In this document: positions 27,376 to 35,123 of the stretch, one piece after another
How the letters are laid out: each line of letters starts with the position of its first letter
Numbering within the stretch: the first letter of the stretch is position 1
Sequence record: OR896824.1
DNA length: 64,000 bases
Direction: 5' to 3' (one strand)
Source of the DNA: Escherichia phage SmurfNell
Made by a program: the position numbers and the translations under genes
Notes under the pieces: generated by a model
Database searches by the model: none
What the model was told of the DNA's origin: nothing
The model's input: the letters and a program-made list of their open reading frames with translations, nothing else

Positions 27376-27518
27376 TGATAATCTGGTTTTACTTAATGAA
27401 ACAAAAAGTCAAGCAGTACAACGTATTTTCTGCTGATTTTACTATTGGAATGTTCTTAGCAGGATTATGTGAGTTTCTGTTTGAAGCATTCTTAATCGGA
27501 AGTCTTTTGCTCGGTTAG
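27375..27518 (+). CDS. small membrane peptide (47 aa)
   Basis: Hydrophobic ORF overlapping the previous stop, below the track cutoff. Confidence 0.3.
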   Translation: MIIWFYLMKQKVKQYNVFSADFTIGMFLAGLCEFLFEAFLIGSLLLG

Positions 27519-27582
27519 TTTAATGGGAGAACCCCGTCTTTACACGGCGGTTGCGATAGTTCGATTCTATCACCGAGTACCA
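27509..27582 (+). tRNA. tRNA-Val (anticodon UAC)
   Basis: Acceptor GCTCGGT/ACCGAGT, anticodon arm CCGTC-TTTACAC-GGCGG, T-loop TTCGATT, CCA. Confidence 0.65.
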
Positions 27583-27601
27583 ATTAACTCAAAATAAGGA
27601 A

Positions 27602-27961
27602 TTGCAAATGCAATTATCAAGCAAGGTTCAAGGCTACTTCGGTCATGTAACAATGGAGTTCGCTATCTCTAAAGGTTGGGACTTCGAACAAGATTTAGCT
27701 GAGTTCTACAAAGATATTGATCTGAACGTACCGTACATGGGACTCTCTACTGGTCAGGAAATCACAGAAGCCGATGTATTCAAGGCAAGTCAAGGTGAGA
27801 TAACACCTAGTTTTGCCGAGTTCTGGTTAGGAATTACTCTGAAAGATGATGCACCGGATGGTGGTGTGGTTATGCAGAGTATGCACTCTGGAAGCTCTGA
27901 TTACCTTTTCGTTAGCGACGTTAAGGAAATACAAGAAATCTGCAAAAATGTACTTGCTTGA
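27602..27961 (+). CDS. hypothetical protein
   Basis: 119 aa acidic ORF. Confidence 0.5.
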   Translation: MQMQLSSKVQGYFGHVTMEFAISKGWDFEQDLAEFYKDIDLNVPYMGLSTGQEITEADVFKASQGEITPSFAEFWLGITLKDDAPDGGVVMQSMHSGSSDYLFVSDVKEIQEICKNVLA

Positions 27962-27982
27962 TACTTAATTTCTTGTTATAAT
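27954..27982 (+). promoter_or_regulatory. early promoter driving a structured leader and tRNA operon
   Basis: TTGCTT-17-TATAAT; transcript would start with the TTGATGAGGAGAAATCCTCATCAA hairpin. Confidence 0.55.
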
Positions 27983-28018
27983 ATTTATATAAATTGATGA
28001 GGAGAAATCCTCATCAAA

Positions 28019-28244
28019 GTTCACTAAGGTATTAGCTCGACCTAGGACTGGCTGCCAAAAAGCACGGTTGCAATTAGACCCCTAATGGCGGGGGATACTT
28101 TGCAAGAAGTTCTAGATTAGTCCACTAGATTCAGCGGCAACTGAATAGTGTATCGGGTTTGTGAAGAGCGGTTATCCTCTACTGGCTAATGTCTGAGGGT
28201 AATACGCACGCCGAGCTAATAGCCTTAGTAAACTTAAAGATTTT
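28019..28244 (+). other. non-coding leader between promoter and tRNA-Ala (possible small RNA)
   Basis: About 225 nt without an ORF, GC-balanced unlike the AT-rich spacers. Confidence 0.25.
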
Positions 28245-28318
28245 GGGGATATAGTTTAATGGTAGAACATCTGCTTTGCACGCAGAAGACGAGGGTTCAA
28301 CTCCCCCTTTCTCCACCA
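28245..28318 (+). tRNA. tRNA-Ala (anticodon UGC)
   Basis: Acceptor GGGGATA/TTTCTCC with G3-U70, anticodon arm TCTGC-TTTGCAC-GCAGA, T-loop TTCAACT, CCA. Confidence 0.6.
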
Positions 28319-28324
28319 AAATTT

Positions 28325-28400
28325 GGGGTCATAGGTTATTTGGTTAAACTTACTGCCTTGCAAGCAGTGGAACTCAGTTCAATTCTGAGTGACTCCACCA
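28325..28400 (+). tRNA. tRNA-Ala-like second copy (anticodon UGC)
   Basis: Acceptor GGGGTCA/TGACTCC with G3-U70, anticodon arm ACTGC-CTTGCAA-GCAGT, T-loop TTCAATT, CCA. Confidence 0.5.
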
Positions 28401-28413
28401 AATTAGAGGAAGC

Positions 28414-28875
28414 ATGGCTAGAACAGATATATTGGAAAGAAAGGATGAAATTCTTCTCTGGATAGAAGAAAATCAACCCAAAGCTGAAATTGCTAGAAGA
28501 TTACGCTGCAAAGTTGATACACTGAATACTTATCTGAAAAAGATGGGAATACAATATTCAGGTAACTCTGCTAGAAAAGGTTTTATACGTTCTGAGATAC
28601 AGGATGGGTATATTCCGGCAGTGAATTACTTTTACAAAAATAGCCCAATATCTTCTAGTCAGCTTAGAATAAAGATACTACGTGATGGCTTAAAACCTCA
28701 CAAATGTGAAAATTGTAATTTATCTGAATGGATGGGAGTTCCAATCCCCTTAGAGTTAGAGCATAAAGATGGTGATCATTATAATAATGAGTGGGATAAT
28801 TTAGCTTTATTATGTCCCAACTGTCATACACTAACAGATACACATTCAGGTAAGAATAAAGGAACATACGCGTGA
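28414..28875 (+). CDS. HNH endonuclease with N-terminal HTH, inserted in the tRNA island
   Basis: C-terminal HKCENCN...EHKDGDHYNNEWDNLALLCPNCH HNH motif. Confidence 0.75.
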   Translation: MARTDILERKDEILLWIEENQPKAEIARRLRCKVDTLNTYLKKMGIQYSGNSARKGFIRSEIQDGYIPAVNYFYKNSPISSSQLRIKILRDGLKPHKCENCNLSEWMGVPIPLELEHKDGDHYNNEWDNLALLCPNCHTLTDTHSGKNKGTYA

Positions 28876-28946
28876 TTGATGGAATTGGCATACATACCGT
28901 CCTTAGAAGTCGGGTTTTGAGGGTTCGAATCCCTTGTCACGCACCA
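28870..28946 (+). tRNA. tRNA with UAG anticodon (Leu-type), class I architecture
   Basis: Acceptor GCGTGAT/GTCACGC, anticodon loop CTTAGAA, 5 nt variable loop, A73, CCA; scaffold resembles the tRNA at 23314; 5' end overlaps the HNH stop. Confidence 0.5.
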
Positions 28947-28963
28947 ATTTTGTAGTAAACAAC

Positions 28964-29063
28964 GGAAGAGCAAATCGATAGGTGACGAAAACCGCTTGGA
29001 AAGTGGCTGACTTGTGAAAGCAGGCTTGAGAGTTCGAATCTCTCTTCTTCCGCCAAACAATAG
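28964..29063 (+). tRNA. tRNA-like element, about 100 nt, fold unresolved
   Basis: Complementary termini GGAAGAG/TTCTTCC, T-arm GAGAG-TTCGAAT-CTCTC, G73, CCA; too long for a standard tRNA. Confidence 0.3.
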
Positions 29064-29069
29064 AAGATA

Positions 29070-29151
29070 GGACGTAGTGGTACGTAACCGGTCTTGAAAA
29101 CCGGCCCGCTGTAGTGATACGGTGATGGTTCGACTCCATTATCTTCTGCCA
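29070..29151 (+). tRNA. tRNA-Ser (anticodon UGA), class II
   Basis: Acceptor AGAAGAT/ATCTTCT, anticodon arm CCGGT-CTTGAAA-ACCGG, long variable arm, G73, CCA. Confidence 0.7.
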
Positions 29152-29466
29152 AATCTTGAAGTATGCCGGAATCGGTAGACGGGGCTTCCTAAAGGGCGTA
29201 AGAGGAACATCCACTCCTCATAAGATACCCGAAAACGAGGCTGAGATAAATGGTCTATCTCGTGAAGGTTCAAGTCCTTCTGCTTCTTGATATTCAATGG
29301 CTCAAAGAGTAACGGTGCACCTTTCTAGAGAATTTTCTGGGCGAGAATCCAGAAGTAATCAACTAGTTGTTAGTGTGATGAGTTTCGGAGAGCCGCCACA
29401 ATTGAAGTCTTTAGAATGGGTATCGCCCTTTAGCCCCTCCGAAAGGGATAACTAGAGATTTCAATT

Positions 29467-29543
29467 GTGGCTATATCATAATTGGTTAATGATCCTGATT
29501 GTGAATCAGGCCTATGTGGATTCGAATTCCACTAGCCACCCCA
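29467..29543 (+). tRNA. tRNA-His (anticodon GUG)
   Basis: Acceptor GTGGCTA/TAGCCAC, anticodon arm CCTGA-TTGTGAA-TCAGG, C73, CCA. Confidence 0.75.
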
Positions 29544-29549
29544 AATATT

Positions 29550-29624
29550 GCGTCCTTATTTCAATGGAAAGAATGTAAAGCTACGAACTTTACGATCGGG
29601 GTTCGATTCCCTGAGGATGCACCA
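29550..29624 (+). tRNA. tRNA-Arg (anticodon ACG)
   Basis: Acceptor GCGTCCT/AGGATGC, anticodon arm GTAAAG-CTACGAA-CTTTAC, A73, CCA. Confidence 0.75.
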
Positions 29625-29648
29625 ATTAACTTATATAGGAAATAAAAT

Positions 29649-29849
29649 ATGGCTGATTTCTGCAAAGAATGCTCTATCGATATGTGGGGCAAAGATACTG
29701 GTGATCTTTCTGGTCTGATTACAGAAGCCGAAGTTAAAGAAGGCTATGGTGCTGTTGTAATCTGTGAAGGTTGTGGTATTATTCGTGTTGATCATAATGG
29801 TAAACGTCTAGAAGAACCAGATCCAATTGCCACGGTTCCTGTAGAATAA
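29649..29849 (+). CDS. zinc-ribbon small protein
   Basis: CKEC...CEGCG motifs. Confidence 0.45.
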   Translation: MADFCKECSIDMWGKDTGDLSGLITEAEVKEGYGAVVICEGCGIIRVDHNGKRLEEPDPIATVPVE

Positions 29850-29856
29850 AAATTAT

Positions 29857-29932
29857 TGGGATGTAGATCAATTGGCAGATCGTCGGCCTCTGACTCCGAA
29901 GGTTCCACGTTCGATCCGTGGCATCCCAGCCA
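29857..29932 (+). tRNA. tRNA-Gln (anticodon CUG)
   Basis: Acceptor TGGGATG/CATCCCA with U1-A72 and G73, anticodon loop CTCTGAC, CCA. Confidence 0.65.
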
Positions 29933-29938
29933 AATACT

Positions 29939-30014
29939 TGGAGAGTAGTGTAACGGTTAGCACAACGGCCTTTGACTCCGTTAATGGTAGGTTCGATTCC
30001 TCCTTCTCCAGCCA
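29939..30014 (+). tRNA. tRNA-Gln (anticodon UUG)
   Basis: Acceptor TGGAGAG/TTCTCCA with U1-A72 and G73, anticodon loop CTTTGAC, CCA. Confidence 0.65.
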
Positions 30015-30020
30015 ATTTAT

Positions 30021-30095
30021 GCGTGATTAGTTCAGTGGCTAGAATAACTGGCTTCCAACCAGTAGACACGAGTTCGACTCTCGTATCCCGCACCA
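30021..30095 (+). tRNA. tRNA-Gly (anticodon UCC)
   Basis: Acceptor GCGTGAT/ATCCCGC, anticodon arm CTGG-CTTCCAA-CCAG, T-loop TTCGACT, CCA. Confidence 0.7.
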
Positions 30096-30111
30096 AATAT
30101 AAGAAAACGTT

Positions 30112-30333
30112 ATGGACGTTTTTGAGTTTCGTAATAAAAACCCTAGTAGACGAGTTTTAATTATTGGTGAAACATATCGAGCTTATGAGCAAGAAGATGG
30201 TTCGGTTTTATTAAATGATGAAAAGCAAGGCTATAGTTTTCATCCAGAAGAAACATATGAGGAATTTCGTACTAAGTTTCTTTTACCAGACTGGCTAGCA
30301 ATAGCTGAGCAAAGAGAACCCGAAGATGGCTGA
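30112..30333 (+). CDS. hypothetical protein
   Basis: 73 aa ORF. Confidence 0.45.
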   Translation: MDVFEFRNKNPSRRVLIIGETYRAYEQEDGSVLLNDEKQGYSFHPEETYEEFRTKFLLPDWLAIAEQREPEDG

Positions 30334-30488
30334 TAATCTAAAGCTAAAGGTAGATAAACAAATGAAGTGCGTTGAGGTTGAGTTGGGTGAAGAACGTTTA
30401 AAACTCTCCTTCGAATTCTTACAACAGTTGGCTATGACAGTAATGTCTGATAAGTCTCCTGTATTTGAAAAAGAAATTCCGTTGAAAT
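30321..30488 (+). CDS. small hypothetical protein (55 aa)
   Basis: ORF overlapping the previous stop, below the track cutoff. Confidence 0.3.
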
Positions 30489-30500
30489 AACGGGTTTATT

Positions 30501-30575
30501 GCTCCTAAAGCATTGCTGGCGATGCAGTTGCCTTGTAAGCATCTGAACCGGGTTCGATTCCTGGTGGGAGCACCA
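30501..30575 (+). tRNA. tRNA-Thr (anticodon UGU)
   Basis: Acceptor GCTCCTA/TGGGAGC, D-arm GCAT..ATGC, anticodon loop CTTGTAA, T-loop TTCGATT, CCA. Confidence 0.7.
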
Positions 30576-30590
30576 AATTTAAAAATTCAT

Positions 30591-30620
30591 TTGCCTTCTC
30601 TCTTATTTCTTGTTATAATA
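30591..30620 (+). promoter_or_regulatory. early promoter (TTGCCT-18-TATAAT)
   Basis: consensus hexamers plus ATAAATTAATGAGAGGG box. Confidence 0.55.
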
Positions 30621-30649
30621 TTTATATAAATTAATGAGAGGGAAACCAA

Positions 30650-30943
30650 ATGAAACGTTATCTTTCTGTCGTGTTCCAAACTGGTGGTCAACGCTACACT
30701 TATGAATTTCCTGAGTCCTGGAAAATTAAAGAAGGTGATCAAGTTGTTGTATTAACACCTCGTGAAGGCTTCAAAGTAGTAACGGTTAAACAAGTATTTC
30801 CAAAAGATCACGAACCATCTAAGTCTATTCAGTACAAGATGATTCATGGTCTAGTTCGTAAAGTACCACGAACTGAGGTAGAAGTAGATAAGACTGGTGA
30901 AGCTAAATACCAGTATACTTCTTACTTAGATGAAATGATGTAA
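30650..30943 (+). CDS. hypothetical protein
   Basis: 97 aa ORF. Confidence 0.5.
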   Translation: MKRYLSVVFQTGGQRYTYEFPESWKIKEGDQVVVLTPREGFKVVTVKQVFPKDHEPSKSIQYKMIHGLVRKVPRTEVEVDKTGEAKYQYTSYLDEMM

Positions 30944-30944
30944 T

Positions 30945-31020
30945 GCTCTGATAGTTCAACAGGTTAGAACAGGCGACCGATAATCGTCAAATCTTGGTTC
31001 GATCCCAAGTCGGAGTACCA
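30945..31020 (+). tRNA. tRNA-Ile (anticodon GAU)
   Basis: Acceptor GCTCTGA/TCGGAGT, D-arm GTTC..GAAC, anticodon arm GGCGA-CCGATAA-TCGTC, T-loop TTCGATC, CCA. Confidence 0.65.
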
Positions 31021-31026
31021 AATTAT

Positions 31027-31099
31027 AGTTAGTTGGCAGAGCGGTTATGCACCTCCTTCATACGGAGCGACTACAGTGGTTCAAATCCACTACTAACTA
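31027..31099 (+). tRNA. tRNA with CAU anticodon (third copy), no encoded CCA
   Basis: Perfect acceptor AGTTAGT/ACTAACT, anticodon loop TTCATAC, T-arm AGTGG-TTCAAAT-CCACT; followed by ACTA rather than CCA. Confidence 0.45.
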
Positions 31100-31470
31100 C
31101 TAAACAGAGGATCAGGTAATTGTACCAGATCCTGCTGAGAAGAGAGTCCACATTCTATAAATGGCCGGGCGTGACAGCAGGAAGTAGACTGCAACTCCAT
31201 GCTATCCAGGAGTATAAATGTAGAAGCTAAGACTTTAGATAGCCATTGTCTTAGCGTGAGCAATCACGTAGTTGCAACAGACCTGGAAGATCGCAACGTT
31301 AAAATCAAAGTTCCAGTGCTTATTTATCTAATCGAGACCATCAATCTCACCGGAATGCTAGCACCCCAACAGTAGCTAGTGATTAGATAATAAGCAAGCC
31401 TGCCTTCCAGTTTTTATCTTGCTTCTGGGTTAACAAAAAGCTGAGCCAAATTCTAACATCAGGGAGATCT
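31100..31470 (+). other. structured non-coding region downstream of the tRNA island
   Basis: 370 nt without an ORF of 60 aa or more; higher GC than flanks; hairpins such as GGATCAGG...CCAGATCC. Confidence 0.25.
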
Positions 31471-31471
31471 A

Positions 31472-31840
31472 ATGAAAGCATATCAAAGTCTTAAGTCTGG
31501 CGTAATTAACATTGTTCATAACAATCAGATCATTCAACTATACTCTAAAGATGGTGAACTTAAACAGAAAGTTCTAGTTGAAGATCTAGAAGGTATCACA
31601 CCTCACTTTGACCCTGAGGCCTTTCGCATTGTAGATGTGGAAGTGGTTCCCCAAGTCGAGGGTGGTCAGCACCTAAATGTCAATGTGTTAAGCCGTGATC
31701 AGCTTTTGGATGCGCAGAAACATCCTGAAAAATATCCTCAGTTGACCATCCGTGTCTCTGGCTATGCTGTTCGATTTAACGCATTGACGCGTGAACAACA
31801 GAACGACGTTATTAGTCGTACATTTACTCAGGCGATATAA
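31472..31840 (+). CDS. grcA: autonomous glycyl radical cofactor (GrcA/YfiD-like)
   Basis: C-terminal [12 protein letters not shown]...[21 protein letters not shown] is nearly identical in pattern to the E. coli GrcA glycyl-radical domain (from memory). Confidence 0.8.
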   Translation: MKAYQSLKSGVINIVHNNQIIQLYSKDGELKQKVLVEDLEGITPHFDPEAFRIVDVEVVPQVEGGQHLNVNVLSRDQLLDAQKHPEKYPQLTIRVSGYAVRFNALTREQQNDVISRTFTQAI

Positions 31841-31921
31841 TGGGGTTTGGATACGATTTCTCCCAGCTACGCAAGGTAGTCGAGCAAACTCCATTTATCT
31901 CCCAAGTTTTAGGAGAAATGT

Positions 31922-32215
31922 GTGGATCGAGCATTAAGACGCCATCACTGGCAACGTGTGAAAAACAACCGAAAGAAGTATTGGACAGTATTCCCTCATG
32001 AAGAAAGTCCTAAGCGGTTAGGCATTATTACTACCACGCCTTGCATCTGTTCTTGTTGGATGTGTGGGAATCCTCGCAAATACTATAAGAATAGTAAAGC
32101 AGGTATGAAAATCTCGGAGATTAAAAAGATGGATGCAATGATCTTAGGTATCGGATACGGCGAAGGTATTTCAAATGATGAATTTGATGGCTTCGTAGGT
32201 TTCGGTGAAGGTTAA
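31922..32215 (+). CDS. hypothetical protein
   Basis: 97 aa ORF, basic N-terminus, Cys cluster CICSCWMC. Confidence 0.4.
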   Translation: MDRALRRHHWQRVKNNRKKYWTVFPHEESPKRLGIITTTPCICSCWMCGNPRKYYKNSKAGMKISEIKKMDAMILGIGYGEGISNDEFDGFVGFGEG

Positions 32216-32223
32216 TTAATAAT

Positions 32224-32262
32224 AAACCCCGGCTATTGAATAAGTAGTCTGGGGTTTTCTTG
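32224..32262 (+). terminator. rho-independent terminator
   Basis: AACCCCGG...CTGGGGTT hairpin followed by TTCTT. Confidence 0.55.
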
Positions 32263-32279
32263 TATATAGGATTTTCGAA

Positions 32280-32465
32280 ATGAAAATTTTTAAAGTGAAC
32301 TATAGCGGCCTGTGGTTAGGTGGTACAGCTATTGTTGTTGCGGAAACTGCAGAAGAAGCAATCGAACTGGCTAGAAATCATAGAAGTTCTATAGAATTCG
32401 AGAATGTGACAGTAGAAGAACTCCCTAGCAGTGGGGTAGTATACAACGACAACGGAGATTACTAA
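32280..32465 (+). CDS. hypothetical protein
   Basis: 61 aa ORF. Confidence 0.4.
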   Translation: MKIFKVNYSGLWLGGTAIVVAETAEEAIELARNHRSSIEFENVTVEELPSSGVVYNDNGDY

Positions 32466-32523
32466 TGTTATATTTTGAAGTTCGTCCACATTAAGTTAAT
32501 TTAAAAGACTTAATGGAGGTAAT

Positions 32524-32919
32524 ATGAGCCGTACATATCGTAAACAATCTGGTGATCGTCACTGGCGTGATGCACATCGTTCTACTTATAATTTTCATAG
32601 CACTAATATCCGTATTCCGTATATCTACACGGATAGGGATGGTAAGCAGTGGAAATATTATCAAGTTCGATCCAATGAAGCATGGGCTAAAACTTGGGAT
32701 GAAATTGAGAAGGAGATTCAGGAAAATATCATTCGTAACGAGAAGAAAGATGGGCACTGGTGGGATTCTATTAGTAGAAGTGTTAAGTGGCATTCTAACA
32801 AAATGGTTCGTCAGGGAAACCGTCGTGAACTTCACCGTGTGATGAAAGATCCAGAAAATTACGACTATAATCGTGATCATGACCTGCGTAAGCGTGGGTT
32901 ATGGTGGGTTTACGACTAA
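32524..32919 (+). CDS. hypothetical protein (Trp/His/Arg-rich)
   Basis: 131 aa ORF with GGAGG RBS. Confidence 0.5.
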   Translation: MSRTYRKQSGDRHWRDAHRSTYNFHSTNIRIPYIYTDRDGKQWKYYQVRSNEAWAKTWDEIEKEIQENIIRNEKKDGHWWDSISRSVKWHSNKMVRQGNRRELHRVMKDPENYDYNRDHDLRKRGLWWVYD

Positions 32920-32936
32920 TTTCATAAATAATTCAT

Positions 32937-32965
32937 TTGCTAAAACCCTCTCCTTTTGATATAAT
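32937..32965 (+). promoter_or_regulatory. early promoter with embedded inverted repeat
   Basis: TTGCTA-17-TATAAT; CCCTCTCC in the spacer is complementary to GAGAGGG at the RBS. Confidence 0.5.
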
Positions 32966-32995
32966 ATTTATATAAATTGATGAGAGGGCTTTGAA

Positions 32996-33268
32996 ATGAA
33001 AGAAGCAGAAATTAATGAAATGGCTAGAATATTCATCGTTTCCTATATGCAAGGCAGTTGCAATAGTTTATTCGAGTCTGCTATAGTATTTCAGGAAATG
33101 TTAGCCGAGAAAGGCGTACATATGGAAGATACTGAAATTGAAGATCTTCTAATGGAAACTTGTAGTAGTGCTGAAGTCTTCCAGTGTGGTAACTGTAATT
33201 GGTGGTGTCCAGAGCATGATCGTTCTGAAGAAGGTTCCTACTGTTCCGATTGTGAAGGAGAAGAATAA
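32996..33268 (+). CDS. acidic Cys-rich protein
   Basis: CGNCNWWC...CSDC motifs. Confidence 0.45.
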   Translation: MKEAEINEMARIFIVSYMQGSCNSLFESAIVFQEMLAEKGVHMEDTEIEDLLMETCSSAEVFQCGNCNWWCPEHDRSEEGSYCSDCEGEE

Positions 33269-33567
33269 TGAATAAGTTTATTATTGCTCTAGTAATTTCA
33301 GCAGTTAGTTTCGGTTCTCTGGCATCTACCAAAGTTTCTATGAAAAATGGTAATGTTAAAGTTCAGCAGAATGGCATTACCACCGAATATGGTAAAGTAC
33401 GTGATGTAAAAGAACGTAATGGCAAAGTAGAAATATATACTAATAAAAACTTCTCTACTCCGGCTGTTACTGTTAGTAAACGTGGTGAAATCACTACTCA
33501 ACGTACTAATAGTTCTGATTCTTTTACTTGCCGTTATGACTGCGGCTTTGAAGGTGAAGATGAGTAA
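33268..33567 (+). CDS. secreted hypothetical protein
   Basis: Signal peptide MNKFIIALVISAVSFGSLAS. Confidence 0.5.
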   Translation: MNKFIIALVISAVSFGSLASTKVSMKNGNVKVQQNGITTEYGKVRDVKERNGKVEIYTNKNFSTPAVTVSKRGEITTQRTNSSDSFTCRYDCGFEGEDE

Positions 33568-33979
33568 TTTAGACCCTAGAATTAAACATGCAGTTGAAGA
33601 AATCCAAGATCAAATCGATGAGGATTTCACTGTTTGGTCAAGATTTGGTAATGGTGAAGGTTGTCAGCTTTATAGCATGAAAATGGGTATCTCGATTGAA
33701 CTTAGTATCAATCCCGAGGGTAACGTAGAAGCCCAACCCATGTTCAGTGTTCCAGGCTTCTCTGGATTTGTTATGGGCATGAAACTATGTCTACCAAATA
33801 AACATCTTTACCGTGTTATCTGTCAGCTAGAAACAATTAAACATTTCTTGCCAGAAGATAACATTAATGACTACTATCATGAAGTTGTAGCAGCTTACAT
33901 GATGAAAGAACGCAAACGTCGGAGAGCAGAACGTGAAAGAGCTAAATCTCAACAGTCTAGTACAGATTCCAGCAACTGA
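33566..33979 (+). CDS. hypothetical protein
   Basis: Internal ATG at 33566 of track ORF 33482..33979, chosen to avoid long overlap with the previous gene. Confidence 0.4.
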   Translation, partial: NLDPRIKHAVEEIQDQIDEDFTVWSRFGNGEGCQLYSMKMGISIELSINPEGNVEAQPMFSVPGFSGFVMGMKLCLPNKHLYRVICQLETIKHFLPEDNINDYYHEVVAAYMMKERKRRRAERERAKSQQSSTDSSN

Positions 33980-34229
33980 TGCTGTACTAGACTTCCTCAA
34001 GCAGGAACATATTAAGTTCTGGACTAACTATGCAGAACAGTACGAAGAAACTTCTAGTGCAATAACATTCGCGGATAAACGAATAGCTGAGTATACAGAT
34101 CCTAGAGTTAAAAATGGTATGATTACCTTACCACTTTGGGATGTAATGGAAAAGTTTGGTAAAGATTTGTGCCCAGGTTGTATACCATTGTTTGTTACTA
34201 TTCTAATTGACGAAAAGGATCTTAAATGA
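33933..34229 (+). CDS. hypothetical protein
   Basis: 98 aa ORF. Confidence 0.4.
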   Translation: MKELNLNSLVQIPATDAVLDFLKQEHIKFWTNYAEQYEETSSAITFADKRIAEYTDPRVKNGMITLPLWDVMEKFGKDLCPGCIPLFVTILIDEKDLK

Positions 34230-34510
34230 TTATCTCTCCATTTGCTTTGTGGTTTGTTATTGGTGCAGTTGTCGCGATTTACAGTCTGATTGATGATCTG
34301 TATATCTCTAAAAATAAAGATGTTATTCTTTATGTTATAAACAAATATCGTCCGCCAGAATTAGCAGAATTTGACGATGAAAAGATGTTCAAATTCATTA
34401 TGTCAGGTATGCTTATTATGGACACCTTGTTCGGGCCAGTAGCTACTTACTTCTTCTTCCGTAAAACTCGTAAGATGAAAAAGTTTCGCGCTGAAATGCA
34501 GAGCAAGTAA
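34226..34510 (+). CDS. small membrane protein
   Basis: Two predicted TM helices. Confidence 0.45.
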   Translation: MIISPFALWFVIGAVVAIYSLIDDLYISKNKDVILYVINKYRPPELAEFDDEKMFKFIMSGMLIMDTLFGPVATYFFFRKTRKMKKFRAEMQSK

Positions 34511-34626
34511 AGAACTCGCGTAGGACCGAGTTGCGTCACCTGCAACTGTTACGGATAAGGGAGTCGTGCCCCTTAGTGCGGTAAGTGGTGAGTTGGTCGC
34601 TGACCTCAACTTTAACTGGAGATATC

Positions 34627-34977
34627 ATGAGCTTTATTTTATTCATTGTAGCAGCATGGTTTATTATTGGTTTAGGCTATGCTATTGCAGTTATTCGTCA
34701 TCTGGATGAATATTCTGCTGAATGGTTTATTAAGTACCTACGTTTAGACGATCAAGAACACGAGTTCGACAGTGCTGAGGAAAGACAGGCTGTCCAGTCA
34801 ATGACTCCCAAAGAATGCTTGCTATACATGCGTGTTATTGGCTTCTTTGGTTTACTGGTTCTAGGGCCGATCGGTTCCACCATCGCCCCATACAAAGAAA
34901 CAGTTGCCGACATTAAATTATGGAGAACTGCCGGGTCGCTACGTCGTGCTAGAGAATTGAGTACCAAAGAAGATTGA
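34627..34977 (+). CDS. small membrane protein
   Basis: ATG at 34627; TM helices FILFIVAAWFIIGLGYAIAVI and GFFGLLVLGPIG. Confidence 0.45.
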   Translation: MSFILFIVAAWFIIGLGYAIAVIRHLDEYSAEWFIKYLRLDDQEHEFDSAEERQAVQSMTPKECLLYMRVIGFFGLLVLGPIGSTIAPYKETVADIKLWRTAGSLRRARELSTKED

Positions 34978-35063
34978 CATCAAGTCAACTTACTAGCAAA
35001 ATAATAATGACAAAGCCCAGCCTGCACTTTTGCGACTGGGCTATTTTTGTAATAAAATTTTAG

Positions 35064-35092
35064 TTGCATAGATGCCCAAACTTTTGTATAAT
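35064..35092 (+). promoter_or_regulatory. early promoter (TTGCAT-17-TATAAT)
   Basis: consensus-like hexamers. Confidence 0.5.
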
Positions 35093-35123
35093 ATGTTTAT
35101 AGATTGAGGCAAGAGGATTAAAT

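Noticed and set aside
25733-30096. Minus-strand ORFs of 60-105 aa across the tRNA island (25733..25954, 26001..26303, 26538..26732, 28824..29214, 28903..29214, 28937..29152, 29779..30096)
   Set aside because: They are antisense to densely packed tRNA genes, lack start contexts and have Pro/Ser/Gly-rich compositions; they are open frames created by GC-rich tRNA sequence.
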